The notes beneath the pieces are model-generated. The model saw only the letters and a program-made list of their open reading frames with translations. It was not told the DNA's origin and did no database searches. A program made the position numbers and the translations under genes. A stretch of DNA of 62,658 bases, the filler included. It is 7 parts of 7 records of this genome, joined end to end, with 100 filler letters (N's around TTAATTAATTAA, not from the genome) between each part and the next. Parts side by side here need not be neighbours in the genome. Positions count along the whole stretch, not along the records: positions 57,178 to 62,658 come from DRR378314_2473; 6 more parts are not named here. One strand, 5' to 3'. Numbering within the stretch: position 1 is the first letter of the stretch; each line of letters begins with the position of its first letter. Below, one piece after another: positions 57,078 to 62,658 of this stretch.

Positions 57078-57177
57078 NNNNNNNNNNNNNNNNNNNNNNN
57101 NNNNNNNNNNNNNNNNNNNNNTTAATTAATTAANNNNNNNNNNNNNNNNNNNNNNNNNNNNNNNNNNNNNNNNNNNN
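57078..57177. other. Artificial contig-joining linker
   Basis: 44 N + TTAATTAATTAA + 44 N. Confidence 0.99.
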
Positions 57178-57235
57178 TTGAAACCTGTGCGTGTATGTCC
57201 TTCGGTCCTCCCATCGCTATTTGGAGTAACACGAC

Positions 57236-57565
57236 TTGTATATGGTCCATGGTGTGTACACCTCCGGAAATGCTCCGCAGATGGTTGCAGATCTTCGCGC
57301 GACATGCTGCTCCTCGCAAGTGCGATGGGACACCGCAGCCAAGCTCGAGGCTGCCAATCGCGCTTGGGAGTCTGTTGTTGTCTGCGGAAATGATCGGGAA
57401 ACCTGGGATTGGCAGGCACAAACCTCGGCAACGATGGGGTGCTTTTACACGCCATTTCGCCAAGTGCATTATCTCAGCGACGAAGACTCGCTCAGTGAAT
57501 ACGCGTCGGACGACGAACTGTCTGATTTTGAGGGCGACGACAATGTTCTTACATTAGCATACTAA
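57236..57565 (+). CDS. Possible terminal exon of an unknown eukaryotic gene with an acidic tail
   Basis: Open frame ending SDEDSLSEYASDDELSDFEGDDNVLTLAY*, followed by T-rich sequence; no family recognised. Confidence 0.3.
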   Translation: MYMVHGVYTSGNAPQMVADLRATCCSSQVRWDTAAKLEAANRAWESVVVCGNDRETWDWQAQTSATMGCFYTPFRQVHYLSDEDSLSEYASDDELSDFEGDDNVLTLAY

Positions 57566-59171
57566 ATTTTCTTACTTTCGTTTCTGTTTCCGCCGTTAAG
57601 GAGAGGATGGAAGTTTTCAGTCTGTTACAAGGTCGGTGGCATGGAGAATGTGAATTCAGAGCCAGCGCGGCGGATGCGCATTGCGGTAACAGCGCGCACA
57701 TGGTGCACTATCGGATGGAGCACTGCTTTGCAGACCAAGTGGGTAGTCGACAAGTAAATGCGCATGCGTTCGTCGCTCGTCACACTACCTCGCACGCATT
57801 GCGAGTTGGTATGCAGTAGGACATTGCGACACACAGAGAGCTGACATGCGCACCGAGTTCATCATTCAGGTGATCCACTATGGGCATTTCTCTGTATTTT
57901 ACTACGCATAAAATCATGTAATTGGGTTAAAGAACTACACGCCTGCCGCAATAACAATATGATGTAATCGTTGTAGAATCCTCCCATTACAAGTTGCCTC
58001 CAGGAAATTACGCACTGGGGCCGGAAAGATGCTCATGCACACAACAAAAGACACACATTTTTATATATACATACGATATTTACTCGCGCACGGCGCCTTA
58101 CGAGGTGTGGCTGCTCGCAATCTTCTGCCACCAGGCGCACAAGTCTGCACCGCCAAGGTCATGACAGCGGCGGAAGCAGCTCGCGCACACGAAACAAAAC
58201 GCGCGCGCGCAATGAACAGACGCATGATTGCGATCAACAATCATGGAGACAAATAAATCACCGTTTGTTTGTTGGTTGGTACGTTGTTGTTGTTGTTTAT
58301 TGCAAGAGCGCAATTCGAAACGTGAACTTGCTTCGCTTCCGCACTCTGCGTTGAGCAGCGACAAGCGCACTATGTCTGCAGAGCGAAGGACAGAGCACAA
58401 GGCATATCCACCACACAGTGGTCAAGGTGCAAGCGATTGTCAAGAGAGCGGGCATGACCACTTCATACCATCGATCGCATATAAAAACAAAGAGACGAGA
58501 CAACGAGCGAAAGGAAGTGCTATAAAACGCAGTGGAAAGGCGTAAACGGGTCGAGCGCCGAAAACGCGGTACGGTTGCTTGACTGCTCGCTGTGCGCCAC
58601 CACGCCTCGGCACTCTCAGCGGACCGTTCGTAGCCAAAGCAGGATCAAACCCGGCACACAAGGGGCGCGAAGACATAAATAGACACAAGAGAACACAAGC
58701 AGATAGTTTGCAGAACTGTATCACAGTACGAACGCGCAGCGGTAACTTCGCTGGAAAGGACCGCCTGCGTTTGTTCTCGCACGGGGAGAAACGCGGAGCA
58801 CACTCTATACGGGACGACATAATGAAACAGCTGCACACACTCGACCAGAGCAAACGAACAAAAACGGTACGTATACGCACCCACACAAATATAAAAACAA
58901 ACTTCCCGCCAAACCAAAACAGAAAAGAGCTCATGTTTTCCATACAACAAGGTACACCAAGGCTCCAACTTACGAAAACATCATTTGACTTGGAGAGGAT
59001 ATCGCAAGGTTACAAACTACGCGGAATTCACTTTCGCAAATGAACGGGCTACATTTCCTCAGAAAAAAATATGGGATTCTCGTGGCGGCGGGGAGGGTAC
59101 TGCAGTGAAGAAAAGCATGTCCTACAAAATGCGTCGACAACAATTCATGCGCGACACCAGCACGCACGTAC

Positions 59172-62108
59172 CTGCTGCTGGTCATGCTGCGGACCAAACT
59201 GGAATAGGTGCTTCTCCATTGCATGCGAAGGAGGAACGGAAAACGTCGGGTGGAAATTGTGCCCAGGCTGCGAAGTTGCGGCGGCTGCAGCGGCGGCTGC
59301 AGCCGCTGCTGCCGTCATCAACGAGGCATCATGGGACGAATGCTGCTGCTGCTGCTGCTGTGAAGGCATGGAAGGCGGTCGCGCTGCCATGCCCATCAGC
59401 CCAGCAGCCGCGTTATTCGCTGCCGATTGCGCATAGAGAGGATGCTGTCCCATCAGCAGTGCGCTCACTGCAGGAGGGAGACCTTGTAGGCTCCCCGGAT
59501 ACCCCGCACTCGCGCTATGCAAATAATCGGTTCTCTGGCGAATCGCATGCTCGGGGCCAAGAGGATCTTCCGCTCCGCGCTTCATGCCACCATAAACATC
59601 CTGGTGCGCGAGCATCCCGCCGCGAAACGCAGGCGGAGGCGAACGCATCGAAGGTGAAAGGGCAGCCTGTCGGCTACCGGCTGGCTCCCGCTTGGGCGCG
59701 TCCGCTTGGCCAGCTGCATGTTCTGGAACGCCACTTCCATTCTCAGGCGTCCCATGCAGCTTCTTCGTATACCGCTCAATGACTTTCGCGAACGCCCCGA
59801 CAGTTGTCCGCACTCGTGCCATAATCTGGTCCAGCCGCGCGCGCGTCTCCTCCAGGTTTCGCAACAGAGATTCGAAGTTGGGAGCATTGCGGTCAGTCGA
59901 ACGCACAAGAGTTTCCAGCTCCAGCTTCTCTCGCCGCGCCTGGCAAGCCTGGTCGCGAAGTGTAGCCATGTTGCGGATATGGTCGGAAAAGCGGGTCTGC
60001 AGCGAGCGCGGGCCGCTCCGTGTCAAGTCGTTCCACTGCTCGACCAGAATGTCCGGCTTCTTGATCACTTTCCACTGAAACGTCACCAGCTCGCTAATTT
60101 CAGCCTTGGACATTGTTTTATGGGCCCCTGCACGGTTGGTCGGTGGTTTCCCACCCCACAACAAAAAAGAAAGGGAGTTGCGCACAACGATAGAAAAGCG
60201 CGCACCCAGGCGAGAGAACGACACCAGCCGCACGATGTAAGGAAGCGCACGGCAGGCAAAGCAGGCGTTGTCGCCTTTGCACGCTAGGCTGGTTCGCCAG
60301 CAAATGCGAGCCGCGCACCCATGCGCACACGCGCACAAGAGCGAGACCAACCCGACTCGCGCAACCAGCGGTGCAGCCCCGCGAGAATGCACCCCAGCAG
60401 CTTGTGCGAGTATTGCTCTCACGAATAATTGGGAGGGCACCCCCCCCAAAAAAAACCTTTGAAAAAGCTTCGCGGAGTTGGACAGCAAGCCGCCCAGAAC
60501 AACGAGCTCGTGCAAGAGAGAAGAACCGCTTCGTCGAACGCAACGCGCACGCGTCGGGCAAGGGTTGCGCATTGACAGAAATTCGTCGCTGCACGTGCCC
60601 TTCAAGTCGCGAGGTGCGCAACGCAGACTGAGCGCTACGGCGCCGGCAAAGCACACCTTCAGCGTACAGCCGTTCGCTCTCGGTGTTCCAGTATTTGTAC
60701 CACAGTTTCGTGAGTCCCTTTGCCTTTTCGATTTCTTCTGTGCTGTATACTTTGGTAAAAAAGCTTGCATTCGGGTACTGAGCGTGGCGCGTCTGTGCAC
60801 GCACAAGAACGGCAGAGTATGTTCGCCGTGGTGAGAAGGAGCGGTCACAGAAAACACAAAGACCACCGCGCCAACGCAGACGGTCCTAGGCAGAGCACAG
60901 CACTGCCTGCCACATGCAGTGCCGAGACGCCTCCGAGGCGACCTTGCGAGGAACGTCGGCGGCACGTCGCTTTCTACGGCACGGCGCGTTGCACACGGCA
61001 GCGGAAGCACATGTCCGCATACATGTACTATCTTTTCCATTGCCCGTATCTTGCACATCTCCGCCACCGCGTGTAGCCGTAATTAAACGGGGCAGGGGGA
61101 GCGCGCCAAAGGTAAGCGGCGACGTGGACGCTACAAGCTGCTTGGGGATTGGCTGAACAGCAAGGCGGCCGCAGTTGGCACGGCCAGGGACGGGGCGTCA
61201 CGCGGCGTCCACGCACGCGCGCGATCGTTCCGCGCGTGCCCGTCCCGAAGCGCCTCTGCGCCCGCACGTCCGCGGGATCGCGGCTGCAACGGGCGCAGAG
61301 GCCAGTCTCCTTCGCTACTGGCCGAAACAAGGCTAACTAAGATACGCAGTAATCAGGAAAAGGCGGCGCCGAGAGTTTTGAGGACATTTACAGTTGCAAA
61401 GGAGCCTCAAACAAAGTAGGGAAGACGCGGGGCACTGGCGAGAGGCAGTGCGCTGCGTGCGCAAACGCAGTTTCACAATCGGGTTCGACACTGGCGCGGA
61501 CGCGGCATTCGTCGCCACGCCCCCGGTGACATCCCAAAGAGCCGGACGGCGGTCTTCCGAGGGGCAAGCTTGCCCCCGGGGAAAACGCCCTTGCGCTCGT
61601 TGTCGTGACAGCAGCCCGCCAAGGAGTTTGACTGCCGATGAACGAGGCTCAACCAAGCTACCACTGCTCTAGGAGCTTACCGCGCTCGTCGAAAGCCTAC
61701 GCACAGCGTGGCCACCGCGCTGCGTTGCAGCGCCTTGGAATCTCACCATATGGTGCAAGAACATACCCTGGTTGTTGTGGGTGCCGGCACATTCGGCAGC
61801 GTGCCCACATCAGCACGAGGAAGGGAGCCATCGTCGCTCACAAAAATGCGCGCCCCGTGGGGAATGGTCTCTGCGTCCGCCAGGTCTACAAGCTCGTGAA
61901 AAAGCAGGTCATACACTGCGAAGCGCCACTTCGGGTCGTCCTCTGAAGGCTTCGCAGCCGCGGCCTCCTTGCCGCCAAACAAGTCCAGCGAGTCAAAAAA
62001 CCGTCGGCGCAATTGCACAAACGACGGCGGTGCATTGAAAGCAAAGCGCAGACGGCGCCCGCTGTACGTTACAAGCACCGTAGTCAGGGCAGCAGCAGCG
62101 TCCGACAT
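59172..62108 (-). CDS. Uncharacterised spliced protein: ubiquitin/PB1-like N-terminus, HMG-box-like helices, coiled coil, Q/A-rich tail; 3' end unresolved
   Basis: Exons 62108-61767, 60792-60657 and 60127-59172 with GT-AG boundaries and compatible phases; further exons may lie between 61767 and 60792 and below 59172. Confidence 0.55.
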
Positions 62109-62658
62109 CGGGAAGGAATCGCGCAACAGGAGGTCGCAGCGGTCGAAGGCACGCGCAAGCGTCGAGCGCACAGGCAGCGGCGGGCAAGCCCCCGCACGGG
62201 AGAGACCGCAATCCAGCTCTGGGCCATGGCGCAGGGGGCCGCGACAGGCTACCATGCATTACAAATTTGCCATTTATTGGTAAAACACCCAAAGCTTGGA
62301 AAAAACGTCGTTCACCGAAGTCGAGCCCCTTGTCCCAGACCCGCGTCGCCACCGCAGCCCAGGCGTCCGTCTGACCACCCTGCGCTTGACTAGGGGCGGG
62401 AACGCAGATCTCATCCTTGGACCAGCCGGAGGAGCTTTGCCGATTCACATAGGGCGTGCGAGAGCGACTGCAGGCACGCTTGCCCAGCACTCGTTGCCAA
62501 TGCACACGCATACCATGCTGCACGCACACGCTTCGACTTTTTAAAAAAATGCACGACAATAAGATGAACGGAATCTTCTCGACCTCGTACTCGTCTCGTT
62601 AGGCGCGGGAAAAACGTCTTTCGCCACCGGGTTGCATCCGCGCCCTGTTCGCAGCTGA

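Noticed and set aside
14384-57133. Recurring TTAATTAATTAA as a biological repeat or CRISPR-like array
   Set aside because: It is always centred in N-runs and encodes stops in all frames, so it is an assembly spacer. No repeat-spacer array or cas gene was seen.
59145-61067. 640-aa single-exon ORF
   Set aside because: Only 60127-59172 looks coding. The upstream part reads through introns, and the neighbouring exon is in another frame.

Overview
This window is not one genomic locus. It is seven unrelated contigs joined by six identical artificial 100-bp linkers (44 N + TTAATTAATTAA + 44 N, stops in all six frames). Four contigs (1-14339, 14440-27539, 36896-43366, 57178-62658) come from an intron-rich eukaryote, probably a protist, with canonical GT-AG introns and a GTNCGY donor bias. 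Manual splicing recovers a head-to-head pair of T1-less voltage-gated K+ channels, a neurofibromin-like RasGAP, a bacterial-type 2-aminomuconate deaminase with three introns, eIF4A-III, an uninterrupted 1196-aa LRR ORF and several uncharacterised proteins. Three contigs are bacterial. 27640-36795 is Rhodobacteraceae-like (HU, DMT, msrB-msrA, hydantoinase, queG, fzlA, mtgA, a Hint-domain protein, gltB). 43467-50321 is a gammaproteobacterial, probably Halomonadaceae, polyamine gamma-glutamylation cluster (puuB, puuA, puuD, spuC, puuC). 50422-57077 is Rhodobacteraceae-like (sulfatase/phosphonate monoester hydrolase, creatinase, Rieske oxygenase, hutU, hutG, hutH). The best candidate for an undescribed system is the VanA/Ndm-like Rieske demethylase placed 2 nt behind hutU and next to creatinase, which suggests an oxidative route for N-methylhistidine-type compounds into the Hut pathway. 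All family and taxon calls come from motif recognition by eye; no searches were run.
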